DNA of 64,000 bases. Origin: Adineta vaga. Its lineage: Eukaryota > Animalia > Rotifera. The stretch is taken from NCBI GenBank assembly GCA_021613535.1, contig CP075496.1, forward strand, positions 1,426,001-1,490,000. The letters run 5' to 3'. The position numbers and the translations under genes were made by a program. The notes beneath the pieces are model-generated. The model worked only from the letters and a program-made list of their open reading frames with translations, made no database searches and was not told where the DNA came from. Positions 51,683-64,000 of the stretch are shown here, one piece after another (positions within the stretch are counted from its first letter, which is position 1; each line of letters starts with the position of its first letter).

Positions 51683-54600
51683 ACTATGCTGAAATGAAAG
51701 TTACAACTCTTTTGTCCCTACTATTTGTAAAATACCTACTAAAGCAGATTTAAAAATGCGTCCATTGGATACATTTTTATGATAGTTGGTGCCTTTTGGG
51801 TCTAATGATTTTCCATTTTGTCGACTACTCTGATAGATTTGCTGATTCGTTGAGTTATTTCTTTCTGGAAATAAGAAGCATGATTTTTATAAACCAAGCT
51901 ATCTAATAGTTAGAATTAAGAATATACGTACTTTCTTTCACGGGATCCTGATTTCTTCTGTTTAAGTGATTTCCAGGTTCGTTCGTTTTATGGAAAACTG
52001 GAGCGTTGTCTACAATTTAAGACGTACAGCATATGTTATGTGAAAATAACGACGGGACTATCTTGGTACAAAAACAATGGAAGATCAATGAATACATTTC
52101 TAAACGATCATTCCACTACAATACAGTATCAAATTGACAATTTTAATAATTCGAAGTTCTCATATATTTATGAAACTTATGAGTAGTCATGTAAAATATC
52201 GGTCGGAGGTGAATACGTACAATCTACTCGTGAACTGTTTGATGTTAGTGGAGGGATTTCTATAATCTAAATAAAAGAAGACTTTCTAATAAAAAAAAAA
52301 TAATAAAGAAAGATTTTACATAGTCATCATCTTCATAGATATATGAATTCTGCTTTGATGTTATAGCACTAGCTGATTGGTTATAAATCTCCGGATCATA
52401 ATTATCCTTAGAATGATCTCCATGTGAAGAGATCGCTTCCACTGTTGTGTTATCTTCATGATTTTGATTCAATTCCTCAGAAGGTGATGCTTGTTGAATT
52501 TGTCTACAAAATGACCTAAGATTATTTATCATAGTAGATTAAAGCTCATCTTACTGACAGTTGTTTTGCAGACATAAAGTCTCAAATGGTAGTCTCTACA
52601 CGCAACTTATCTGATCGCAAATAGATTACTCATATTTCAATTGTATACTAGTTAAAACAGAGAATGATACCAATTCGGAGTTAACAGAAAATCTTGAAGT
52701 AATTGACTTAAAACTGTCAGGCTTCTATCGTAGTTTTGGTTTATTTATAGGGCCTGAATATCACAAAATGTTGAACTATAACATACTGTTGAGTATCAAG
52801 ATTCTGAGAAGCATCAGCTGGAGATACGATAAATTTTGTCTATAGGGATAAAAATAAAAATGAAACAGTTATTAAAAGTAGATATAGTATATGTGAGACA
52901 TACTGTTAATTCTGTTTTCTCAACACATTCTTTTAAATACAAATGATCATCACTAACACTTTTTACACTTATGATTTCGTCACTCGATTCATTGCCGGAT
53001 GTAGTGTTATTGGAAGGTTCGATCAATAACTGCAAAAAATAAGAAAATATGTAAACAGCGGAACAATCCACTTAAGATAATTTTCTTACAGTGTTTAAAT
53101 CATTTACCAACTCAATTATTCTACTACCATCTTCAACATTTACCTGTAAGGTGCCAGCATTATCCATGTCTAATACGTGTCTAAATTGAAATATAAATCT
53201 TCAATCAATACTATACGCTAGTTTATCGATTCTTGTAGTTACAGCAACAACAACATCGCGAAAGATGAACTCTATAATCAAACTATTATCAGCGATGATT
53301 CGCATTGCTCAAAAAGGATAGTACATATAAGCATGAGAAAATAACAGAATATAAGTATAGAGTCAGAACTGATTGATGAGAAGAATCAATTTGTACAAGA
53401 TTTTAGATCTCAAAACAATTAAAATAGTTACTTTTTCGAATAGTTCTAAACGGTGTCCAGACAAACCAAACAATATTTACTTACTTCATCTTTAAGAATC
53501 TTTGTAGATAAAAATAAATGATACAAACTTTATCATCACTGCTTTCTTATACGTCGTTGAAAAGATAAAGGAAAATATTATCATTCCATTCCTTCTTTTT
53601 GTTATCGTCTGTCGCTTGATTTTGTCAAAAAACTCTAAACATCTTTTTTTCATTTCTGAACGATAATTATTTGTTATTTTAATCACAAATTCACAAGAAT
53701 AAAGAAAACTTTAAATATCTGTCTCTTGATTACATTCTTGCAGTTCATCGAATATCTGGTTGAAAATTATCTATATACATAAGCAAGTCTCTAAATTTTC
53801 ACATTTCATTGCAAATTTAAGACCAACGTCTTTGTGTTTTGATGTTGAAACAAACGTTTTATTCATAAGACGTGCATGTGGGTTGTTCAAGATTTTGTCG
53901 ATTTACAAGAATAAAAGAAGGATCTATAATGGTCTACATCAATACGTCATTAGTGGTGCATTAAAATCGAAACCAAGATCCTTCAAATTGTTCATATTTA
54001 CTAAATTAATCTAATATAGTTTAAGAAGTTCATGAAAATTATTCGTCATTGGTTTCTTCCATATGTGGTTGAATCTCACTCTTCAAATACAATTCTCTAA
54101 TAGAAATGAATATTTCATCAAAAGTATTGTTTCGCCATACTCGTTCTTGATAACGCATCTGTTGACTCATGAGCAATGAAAATTTACCTTGACAAAACAA
54201 AAACACAATCTATTCGATTGTGAAAGACTACCCCTATTTTTTTCTTTTACCTTTCTCAATGAAATATTATGAAGAGTCTCGAGTGTTCTTTCAAAAATAA
54301 AGCTCTTCTCAAAAATAATAGAAAATTCTGATTATTTCAATCATCTGATGAAAATAAAAGCATTCTGGTTAAAATGAATTTCAAGTTACAATCGAAAAAT
54401 TAGCTCAAGAATTAGAAGAAAAAGTTATGTGTATAGAAGATTTCACTGCGCTTTCCGGAGAAGAAGTGATGGGAAATGTTATTTGATATCAAACAGAAAG
54501 ATGTATTAAATCAATTTACCCGATGAAAAAACGGGTCATCGATGCCGAAAACATAAACAAAATCATCTCCAACAGAATCTAACAATTCATTGATTACTCT

Positions 54601-55165
54601 TTTTCGATACTTTTCAAGCATTTGGACATACAGTATCATACTTGAATATAATTGTGTTTATTATCGATGTAAATCATGCAAGAGAGCTGTTTGAGTAACA
54701 AAGGAAACAAGTGCACTAACAAATTTTCCTGTCTGCTTCAAATGTCAAAAAGTATGATTTGAAGGATTAGGCGCACTTTTCCGATGACTATCAATCATAA
54801 TATAAAAGTACTGTGGGTCTTCATGTTTGAAAAGAAAGAAAGTTAATCTAACGCCCTCTACATTTATTTGCTGCGACCGGTTCGATTTAATAAACCATTC
54901 CCGAGTGAATCATAAAAAAAATCGCGAAATAGAAGAAAAAAGTAAAGTAAAGGAAGTTAAATATTTTGTTTTTGTATTAACTACATAATTGATTATATGT
55001 TTTACTAAAACGTTTGATGTTACATCCGAAAATATAAAGTCTATCGATCAAAACAAGTTTCCGAATGAAACGAATTGATTTTGTAATTACGACATAAATA
55101 TATTAACTGGCATTCGTTTAATTCAACATAATTTCTCTGCATAGAAATTATCTCTGTTTTAGATC

Positions 55166-57575
55166 ATGCAGACTTCCTCACAGAAATCAGCAGATAATTC
55201 GACGAATAAATTTTGGAAACCCGGAAGTAGTCGTCCACCTCGACAACAATCTTCATCAATTGTTGATCGACAAGATTCAACATCGGAAAATGTTGATCTC
55301 TATCAACATTCAAGTATGTCTATTGGTCAGCATCGTCGACATTTACCAATTGCTTCCTATCGAGCAAATATTTTGTATTTATTGGAAAAATATCGAACAA
55401 TAATCATCATCGGACAAACGGGTATGTTTGTTTTTTCAATTTGAAATGTTTTAGATGAGAAATGCTTGTAGGTAGTGGAAAATCAACACAAATTCCTCAG
55501 TATCTTCTGGAAGGTGGATGGACTCGAAATGGTAAATTAGTCTGTATGACTGAACCTCGTCGTATTGCTACTGTTCAATTAGCTCAACGTATTGCTGATG
55601 AAAAAGATGTTATATTAGGAAAAGAAATTGGTTATCGTATACGTTTTGAAGATGTTTATACAAGTGGTTTAACACAATTAATCGTTCTTACAGAAGGTCT
55701 TCTTTTACGTGAAATTATGTATGATCCTTTATTAACACGATATAATGTTGTGATTATTGATGAAGCACATGAAAGATCTATACAAACCGATCTTTTATTA
55801 GGTTTATTGAAAAAAATTCAACGACGTCGACGTGATTTACGTTTAGTTATTACATCTGCAACGATTGATAGTGAACGTTTACGTGCATTTTTCGAACATC
55901 AAACAACTCCGATTGTTAAAGATGAAAATCAATCTGAAAAAGAAACAGAAGACGATAAACTTAAAGAATGTTATATAATGAGTGTTGAAGGTCGTTCATA
56001 TCCAGTTGAAATCTTTCATACAACTGAATCGGTTCCTGATTATCGTAAAGCCTGTGCTGATGCATGTATAAAAATTCATGAAACAGAAAAATATAATGAA
56101 CAAGGTGATATTTTATGTTTTGTCTCTGGACAAGATGATGTCGGACAGATAACACGCGAATTACATGAATATGCCAGACGTTTAACTGATGAACAACAAC
56201 ATTTAAAACGGAAAGATGAACGAAAGAAATTAATCATTCTACCATTATATGCGAGTTTAAAATTTATTGATCAAATGAAAGTTTTCGAAAAAACACCACC
56301 GAATACTCGGAAAATTATCGTTGCTACAAACATTGCAGAAACAAGTATTACAATTCCAGGTAAGAATCAATATGATATTCTTTGTTCGTTTTGTGTTTTG
56401 CATTGCATTGTTATTTTAATAAACTAGGAATTGTTTATGTTATTGATTGTGGTTATGCTCGATTGAAATTATTTAATCCTGAATTTGGTTTTGAAGTTTT
56501 AACAACATTGCCTGTTACACGTTCATCTGCATTACAACGTGCTGGTCGAGCCGGTCGTGTTCGATCGGGAAAAGCCTATCGTCTTTATCCGGCAGCTGAA
56601 TATGAAAAAATGAAAGAATTTCAGTTACCTGAAATGCAACGATGTGATTTAGCTTTAGCTGTTCTTCAAATTAAAGCATTAGGAATTCATAATATCGTTC
56701 GTTTTGATTTTCCCTCACCGCCTCCATCAAAAAATCTTCTTCAAGCTATCGAATGCTTATACGCATTACGTGCTATTGATGAACAATCTCGTTTAACACC
56801 AGATTTAGGAATGAAAATGGCTGAATTACCATTACATCCAACACATGCACGTGCATTATTAATTTCAATGGAATATGGTTGTACACAAGAAATTTTGAAA
56901 ATTATTGCATCACTTCAAGTCAAACATGTTTTTATCAATCCACCGAATGAAAAGATGCGTGCAGCGAAAGTTCATGCAAAATTTGCTTGTCAAGAAGGAG
57001 ATCTTATTACAGTATTAAATGTTATCAAAGTATTCGAACAGCAAATGACACCACAACAATTCTGTGATAAGTAAATTCAATAAAAACATTCTTTTCTCTA
57101 AAGATTCATTTTCCTTTTTTTTCCTAGACATATGTTAAACTTAAAATCATTAAAACGTATTCTCGAAATTAAAGATTCTTTAGAAAAATCTCTTCGTCGT
57201 TTAACATCCAAACCTAATAAAATCTCTTCGTCATCCGGTGATGATGTCATTCCAGTATTGAAATGTTTAACTGATGCTTTCTTTATGAATGCTGCACGTT
57301 TAGCTATGGATGGTTACACTTATAGAACATTTCGTGGTTCATCTGAAGAACTTTATATGCATCCATCGTGTATTTTATCTCCAATTTTAATAGCACAAGA
57401 AACTACACAAAGTCAATTACCTAAAATAATTCTATTTAATGAATTAATTCAATCATCGAAAATGTATATGTCAGATATAACTGTTATTGAACAAAATTGG
57501 TTGCATGAAATCGCTGGACATTATTATGAGCAATTATCCACAAGACAATGGATGTTAAGAGAATCGTTTGAATAA
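55166..57575 (+). CDS. DHX35: DEAH-box RNA helicase DHX35
   Basis: N-terminal FWKPG, GQT|GSGKSTQIPQYL, DEAH, SAT, ATNIAETSITI, QRAGRAGR, HA2 and OB-fold regions. Confidence 0.92.
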
Positions 57576-57655
57576 AATTTAAGAAATTTCTGTTTTTGTC
57601 TAAAATCTAGGTGATCTTCTTTTTCTCTGTTAATTTGTTTCTATGTAAATTTCAG

Positions 57656-60466
57656 ATGGAAGATAATACCTTAAGAATTCGATTAGTTTCGTTTAAAAAT
57701 ACAACGAAATCAAGTTCGACTAATGTTCTTTGTTATGTCAAAAAGTTAACAAATTTACCATCAAATAATGGTAAGATAAAACTTTGCGTCGATCACGAAG
57801 ATGACAATCAGTATTGGTTGATTTGAATCGATTATTCTGTGAAAAAGACAGTTTATTTTATTTAGAATCTTCGATAATTCTTGCACCGACTGATCCATCT
57901 GCTGCATATGTTCGTTCGATTGGTGAAACATTTGATTGGATAATTCAAGAAGGAAAGTATTGTCAATTGATATTCTTAACTTCGAAATCGAAATCAAAAG
58001 TGCTTGCTGATATTATTTTATGGTTTGATCATTTATTAGAACTTGTCAATGATCGTCGACATAATAAAGAATTTCAAACGGAATTACCTTGCAGTGTAAG
58101 TTATAGAAATTAATGAACAATATCTTTTCATGATTGGATTTATTTAGACAACAATTCGAAAAGATTATCAATTTGATTTTAAAGTTCAACTACTTGATAA
58201 CTCAATGTCTCTCCTATCTGAACGTAAGTTATCTGTACTTATTTATTTACTCCAATGTTATAATCTATTGATTAGCATCGTCAACAATGAAATCTATGTT
58301 ACATAATAAGATCTCAGGTCGACAACCAATTCAAGGACATTTAATGAAAATTCAACAGTTTAATCATCCAGTTCATTGTGCTATTTGTCATGGATTTATT
58401 TGGTATGATCATCATATTAATATTTTCTTCCTTTTTCTTTTTAATAAAATTTATCTTTTTTAGGGGTTTACATCATCAAGGTTTTGAATGTTCACAATGT
58501 TCTCTTGTTACACATCGAAAATGTCATCAAGAAATTCCATTCTGGTGTCGAAAAGCTCTTTTTCCCGTAAGTCAAAACTATCTTATCTCTATAATAAGCA
58601 AAAACAAAACTATCTAAACATCTTTTCGAAAATCTCTAAGGAACCTACTTCAGTAAACGGAGGTCTTCGATTAAAACTTAATATTCCACATACATTCAAA
58701 CAACACGAAGCACCATTTGTTCGAGCGTTAGTTTCTCGAAATCATGGTCATTGTAATCATTGTGGTTCAGCAATATTTCGCAATGCTCTGAAATGCACAC
58801 GTAGGGACATATTCAAACAAATCTAATCATAATCTATTGCTATGCTTGAGTTCTCATAATGCTTAGCGAAATACTAAAACAATCGTTTTTAGAACTTATG
58901 ATTTTCTATTCTTTCTTCTTTTGATTTAGAATGTTATTTTATAATTCATGAACATTGTCAAGCAAATGTTCCTCCCATGTGTGCAATTCCATATGATGTT
59001 ATGGCTCGAGCTATACCCGCTACAAATCTCGGTGTACGTATTCATAAACCTAAACCAATTATTGATCCCGATAGATTTTCTCGATCATCATCATTTGGTT
59101 TATCGTGGCTTGATGCATTACCGAAATTTGATTTGAAGAGAAGTGAATCAATACCTTTACCAAAACTCGAAGATTTTCAATATATTGGTCGTGTTGGTGA
59201 TGGAGCATTTGCACAAGTTTATTGTGTTCAACATATTTTATCGAAACAATATGTCGCTATTAAAGTTGCTGATGGAAAAAATGAACAAGCAAAACAACAA
59301 TTAGAAGTTGAAAGACAAATTTTATTTCGTTATAGTCAAGGAAATCCATATATGATCAAAGCATATTGTACATTTCATAAAGGAGTTCGTAGAGATCATT
59401 CGTTTTTATTTTCTTCTACAAATTTTCGTCATATTTTAGACGACACTATTTCTTGTGATGGAACTTGTTCATGGTGGATCATTATTTCATAAAATTCAAA
59501 CTGAACGTATGAATGAAGATGATATACGTTTTTATCTAGCTGAACTTATCTGCATCATACAATATTTACATTCAAACAACATCGTATATCGGTTTGTTTA
59601 TCTGAAAGAGAAAATAATTCAATGAGTTATTTTGAATATGTTTTAGTGATTTAAAACTTGAACATGCAATTGTAAGTTCTGATGGTCATATACGTCTCGT
59701 CGATTATGGTCTTGGACGATTATTAAAAGCTCATGATGAACTGTGTCATACTTTCTGTGGTACATATAGTTATATGGCTCCTGAAGTAAATCTTTTCAAT
59801 ATCATTTACTGAGTTTTGTCTAATCCGATCTTTTTTTTTCTTTTTAGGTTCGATGTTTGGAGACAAGTTCATCCAATGAAGGTTATGATTATGCCGTTGA
59901 TTTTTGGGCACTTGGTATAATGTTTGTTCAAATGTTATTTGGTGAACAAATCGATTTTTATTCGTCGATGTTTTCGAATAATGATCAAGCGTGTGAAGGA
60001 AGAAACTTAATCGATATTTTAGAATTACCACGTCATACAAGTTCAGAAGCTCGTTCATGTATTTATGGTTTACTTGAAAATGATCCAAAAAAACGTTTAG
60101 GTTCACCAAATTCTCCACATGGTAAAATTTGTGATCATCCGTTTTTCAAAATGGGCAATCGAATCATTTGGCCTGATGTCGAAGAAGGTGTATTCAAACC
60201 CTCAACAAAAAATCAAAATGTAAGAGTAAACAAACTGTTCTATTTGTTCTATTTTTATCTTTTCTCTATAGATAACACCTGTTTTATCTGATGTATCAAT
60301 TCATCGACCACTTGCGACTCTTCTAATGGACAGAGGAAGTCATGGACAAGCTGATTGGTTAGCAGCCGGACAATCTACATGTACATTAGCTGAAGATGAA
60401 CAATTAAAATCATTTGATTATATTAACCAATCTGTATGGCTTGAATTAATTCAATCAGATGTTTAA
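57656..60466 (+). CDS. Divergent protein kinase C-like protein (N-terminal C2-like region, two C1 domains, AGC kinase domain)
   Basis: C1A HCAICHGFIW|GLHHQGFECSQCSLVTHRKC and C1B HCNHCGS...IHEHC. Kinase motifs GDGAFAQV, VAIK, YR|DLKLEH, DYG, TFCGTYSYMAPE, DFWALG and C-tail SFDYIN. Confidence 0.85.
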
Positions 60467-60883
60467 TGAGAATCGATTGCTTTGTACATTAATCAACAGA
60501 AAATTTATTTTTTATCGATTAACAAACGTATTTTTTTTCTGCTAACCAGTTTATTTCTCAAAACATAAAGAAAAAACGATTGAAATTCTCGTTAACACAT
60601 CAATAAGTTCGCTTTTCTCTCTGTCTCTCTGTCTCTCTTTCTCGAAATATTAAGTCAGCCAAACAAAAAAAACATGTGATAATATTGATCAAGATTAAGA
60701 TGAATAATCAGTCAAGGTGATTTACTCTTTTATTTGAATAGAAAGCAAACGATGTTTTTTTCTCTTTCTGTTTGATCATGTGAAAAGGCAAACTTTCGTA
60801 TTGATTAAGCTTTAGAAATATAGGTCCTATATTTTGTATGCATATAGCTTTCAGATTTTCATTTTTTCGTTTTCTAATACCAA

Positions 60884-61577
60884 ATGACATCGTCATCGTC
60901 GCAAATCGTTCGTCGTATTATTAAATCAGCAGCTGCTGGAGTACCATCTGGACCTTACAGGTAAGGATGGATTCTGATGTAGTTGGATATTAATAACAGA
61001 ATTTTGTTTATTAGTCAAGCTGTTCAAGTTGGTCATACGTTGTATCTTAGTGGTTGTATTGGACTTGATCCTAAAACAGGTCAATTTGCTGGCGAAGGTG
61101 TACAAGATCAAGCTCGTCAGGTAGAATTAATCATAGAATTGAGATTCCTTTTATATATTTGTTTATAGTCATTGAAAAATCTTGGTGAAGTACTCAAAGC
61201 TGCAGGTGCTACGTATAAAAATGGTTCGTTAGAAATCGATTATAAAGATACGAAATTGAATATATATTTTAGTTGTTAAAACCAATGTCTTTCTTCAAGA
61301 TATGAATGATTTTGCTGCAATGAACGAAGTTTATTCCGAAGGTAAATTTGTTCATTCTTCAATCAATCAATCTTACGAGAACTAAATTTCTTTTTTTTCA
61401 TAGTTTTTACCGAACGTCATCCAGCACGATCAACTGTTCAAGTTGCTGGCCTTCCAAAAGTAAATACTCATTCTAAACTGATCGAATATCTACTGATTTG
61501 TTTTCGTCTTCTCTGTTTAGAATGCAAAAGTTGAAATTGAAGCTATCGCTATTTTAGGTGATATACAAGAAGAATAA
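60884..61577 (+). CDS. RIDA: RidA/UK114 reactive intermediate imine deaminase
   Basis: Spliced GPYS|[19 protein letters not shown]...[13 protein letters not shown]...[21 protein letters not shown]...[14 protein letters not shown]|[10 protein letters not shown]. Confidence 0.95.
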
Positions 61578-63569
61578 TGATTATGATTCTCTTATCAAAC
61601 TAACATTAATATTGATTGCATGTTCACTATCGTTGCTTTTCTCTTTTTTTTTGTCTATCCATTACGATCATGTTAGTAATAGAAATAAAAACTGTGTTAA
61701 CAACAACATACCAGTGAATTAATTGCTTGTTCATTTTATCAGAAACACGCTTGAAAATGTAAAAGAAGAAAATCTGATTAGACTGTCGTTTCTCGTGGGA
61801 GATTATTTTTGATCGTAATCGAACGTCGAATATGGTTTGCACGCAAATATGTCACAAAACCAATCGATCGAGCTAAGTGCTTTTTCTTTCCCATCTCTTT
61901 TTCAATAATGCAAGGGCGGAACTTGATCTGCTGTCAAATAGCAAGAAAACCTGCAGGCAATACAGACGAATGAATAGGAACGAGAAAGAATCAATCTAAA
62001 CGAACATGAACAATACTACCTGATAGTTTACAAGATGATGGAAGCCTAAAACGAGTGAAAAGCAACCCCCGACTGATTACGCGTCTATTGTGATAAGCAA
62101 CGGGATAGAAGAAAAGATGATTCAATTAGAGAGAAGGAAAATCGAACAAGCTCACTAATATCCATATGCATGTATATACACACACATGGATAAATGAGGA
62201 AAGAAGAACGAACTATTGAAGCATAATCAATTGTATAGTGCACCTCCTACACTTGTCTAAATACAAGGAAAAAGATGTGCTCAATTAATTGGTGATGACG
62301 AGTGTATGGAAAAAGAAAAAGTCTATATGAAGACATTCAGGTGATCAAATTTCATTTGAGCAATGTAATTAACAGATGAAATTCATGTTTTCTAAACATC
62401 ATTAAGACAACAACAAAAGATATGTTTCGTATATAGAACATTTCCTAAAAGTACTTATAAACTTTCCGATCTTTTTTTTGAATAAAATTTCTCAGTAACA
62501 GAAGTTCATTATTGATCATGCACGAGTAACATTTTGTAAAATGTTCATCATTATCTCTCATCTTAATTATGGATACAACTATATTCTTCTAGTCTTTTCT
62601 TTGATTGACATTGAATCGGCAAAGATAAAAGTATTTGTACATCCAACTGTTTCTTCGTTGTCTATTGTTACTCATTAAATGAGATTTTATTTGATCATCT
62701 TACATTATCTCAAAATTGCCTTTGTTAACTTTTTTTTCCTATATTTTTGTCGAATATTTTGAAAATAGTTTTCAATAATCAATCATCCAAGTGATAATAA
62801 GGCGTGAAGGTAGAATGAGCATAACACTTACGAATGATGATGATGATGCGCTAGTCAGAACAATTATGTTGTTGAGATGGATAGGTGCTAGCTCACAATA
62901 GGCATGACACCATAGTTATTTTGCGCATTTAACTACTTGACAATTAATGATGACTAAAAAATGGGTGTGAGATTCCTAAGAATATGTTTTATCCATACTG
63001 CCATCTTGATTTCAGAAGAGAGAAAAAGAAGCAATTGAAATCATGCTGCTTGATAATCGTACCTTATTTAAAATTCATTCAACTTGAAAAATTAGTTTCT
63101 ACAAGCACTATTCGACAAAAAATGTATTCATCCATCTCTTTTCTTTTTCATTCATATATTGAAAAGAAAAACAATTATCAAATAAACGATAAGATCCAAT
63201 AAATCTGATACGATCTAATGATGATCATCTTGCACTGTTGTGTCCATACATTTTCTGTCATTGACAAAAGTCAATCAATCAATTAGACATTTGCCTTTTT
63301 GTCTCTAGAATATTTTCCTTTCTCTCTTTCTTTTTGTTTTATTGTAAACCTTCGTACAAATTGGAAATATGAGATAAAGACACAACCAGGCACAAGCAAA
63401 AAGGGCAATTCTGTTCTTTTCTTGTTGAGAAAAAGAGAAGAAAAAAAAGAAGAATGTAAGATACGAACGATAACATCGTACATAATTGGGTGCAAATTAC
63501 TCCATAACAGAGTATAAAGAGAGAAGAAGGAGAAAAAAAACGTTCCCATTCTTTTTTCTTGTCTTTCGC

Positions 63570-63670
63570 ATTATGATTGGCCCATTGACGAAAATATCAG
63601 GCTTGTTGAGCCAATTCCTTCGTTCTCTTTTGCTCGTATTCTAGGCATGTTCTGATTGGCTTAGTTAGTT
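63570..63670 (+). promoter_or_regulatory. Cluster of CCAAT boxes upstream of the terminal gene
   Basis: tgattggc (~63573), gccaat (~63610) and ctgattggc (~63652), followed by a CT-rich tract. Confidence 0.4.
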
Positions 63671-63898
63671 CGTTACTAACAGAAGAAAAAGAAGAAAAAA
63701 GATTCGAACTACCATTCTCTTTCTTGCCCAATTATCAACAAATTAGTTTCTCTTTCTTTCTTTCTCTCTCTCTCTCTCATTTGCGTCTTTTTTTTCTTTT
63801 TGCTTATTTTCTTCATTTTCTTGTTCATATATGTTAACAACCTAATCATCAGTTGATTGACTTCTTTTACGTTTTTCTCTTTCCATTATCATCGTGTC

Positions 63899-64000
63899 AT
63901 GAATTTAACTCATCATCAACAACAAATGCACCATCATCATCATCCATCACCTTATTCGCAACAAATATCTTCAGCAAGTCGAACAACAGCATTCGCTATT
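63899..64000 (+). CDS. 5' end of a probable homeobox transcription factor (His/Gln-rich, start of an eh1/octapeptide motif)
   Basis: MNLTHHQQQMHHHHHPSPYSQQISSASRTTAFAI runs off the window. FAI fits the start of an FxIxxIL motif. Confidence 0.45.
   Translation, partial: MNLTHHQQQMHHHHHPSPYSQQISSASRTTAFAI

Noticed and set aside
53480-54760. Possible decayed gene or transposon
   Set aside because: Multiple stops and no identifiable motif.

Overview
AT-rich eukaryotic genomic DNA with many short (~50-65 bp) GT-AG introns and dense gene packing. The gene set (expanded F-box/LRR genes, a long-tailed H2A variant, Penelope-like relics) suggests a bdelloid rotifer; this is inference, not a database result. 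Conserved genes: CLHC1 (partial), TRIP11/GMAP-210, ARPC3, an H2A variant, a FASTK/RAP-domain protein, DYNC1LI, RPL41, ADAM10, DHX35, a PKC-like kinase, RidA, and probably the start of a homeobox gene. Two accessory zones stand out. (1) 2.5-15 kb: a minus-strand F-box gene, mostly missed by the ORF track, whose LRR region is a tandem array of nine ~141-bp units (84-nt phase-0 exon plus 56/57-nt intron) with variation concentrated at predicted concave-face residues; a decayed F-box gene; and a third F-box gene split at codon 11 by a Tc1/mariner-type element with ~505-bp perfect inverted repeats. (2) 43-54 kb: a catalytically dead Penelope/Athena-like RT relic, a triplicated NLS/coiled-coil mini-gene, small MITEs, and a tandem pair of SAM-methyltransferase genes, one with an intact and one with a broken SAM-binding motif. 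Exon boundaries were read by eye and homology calls rest on recalled motifs.
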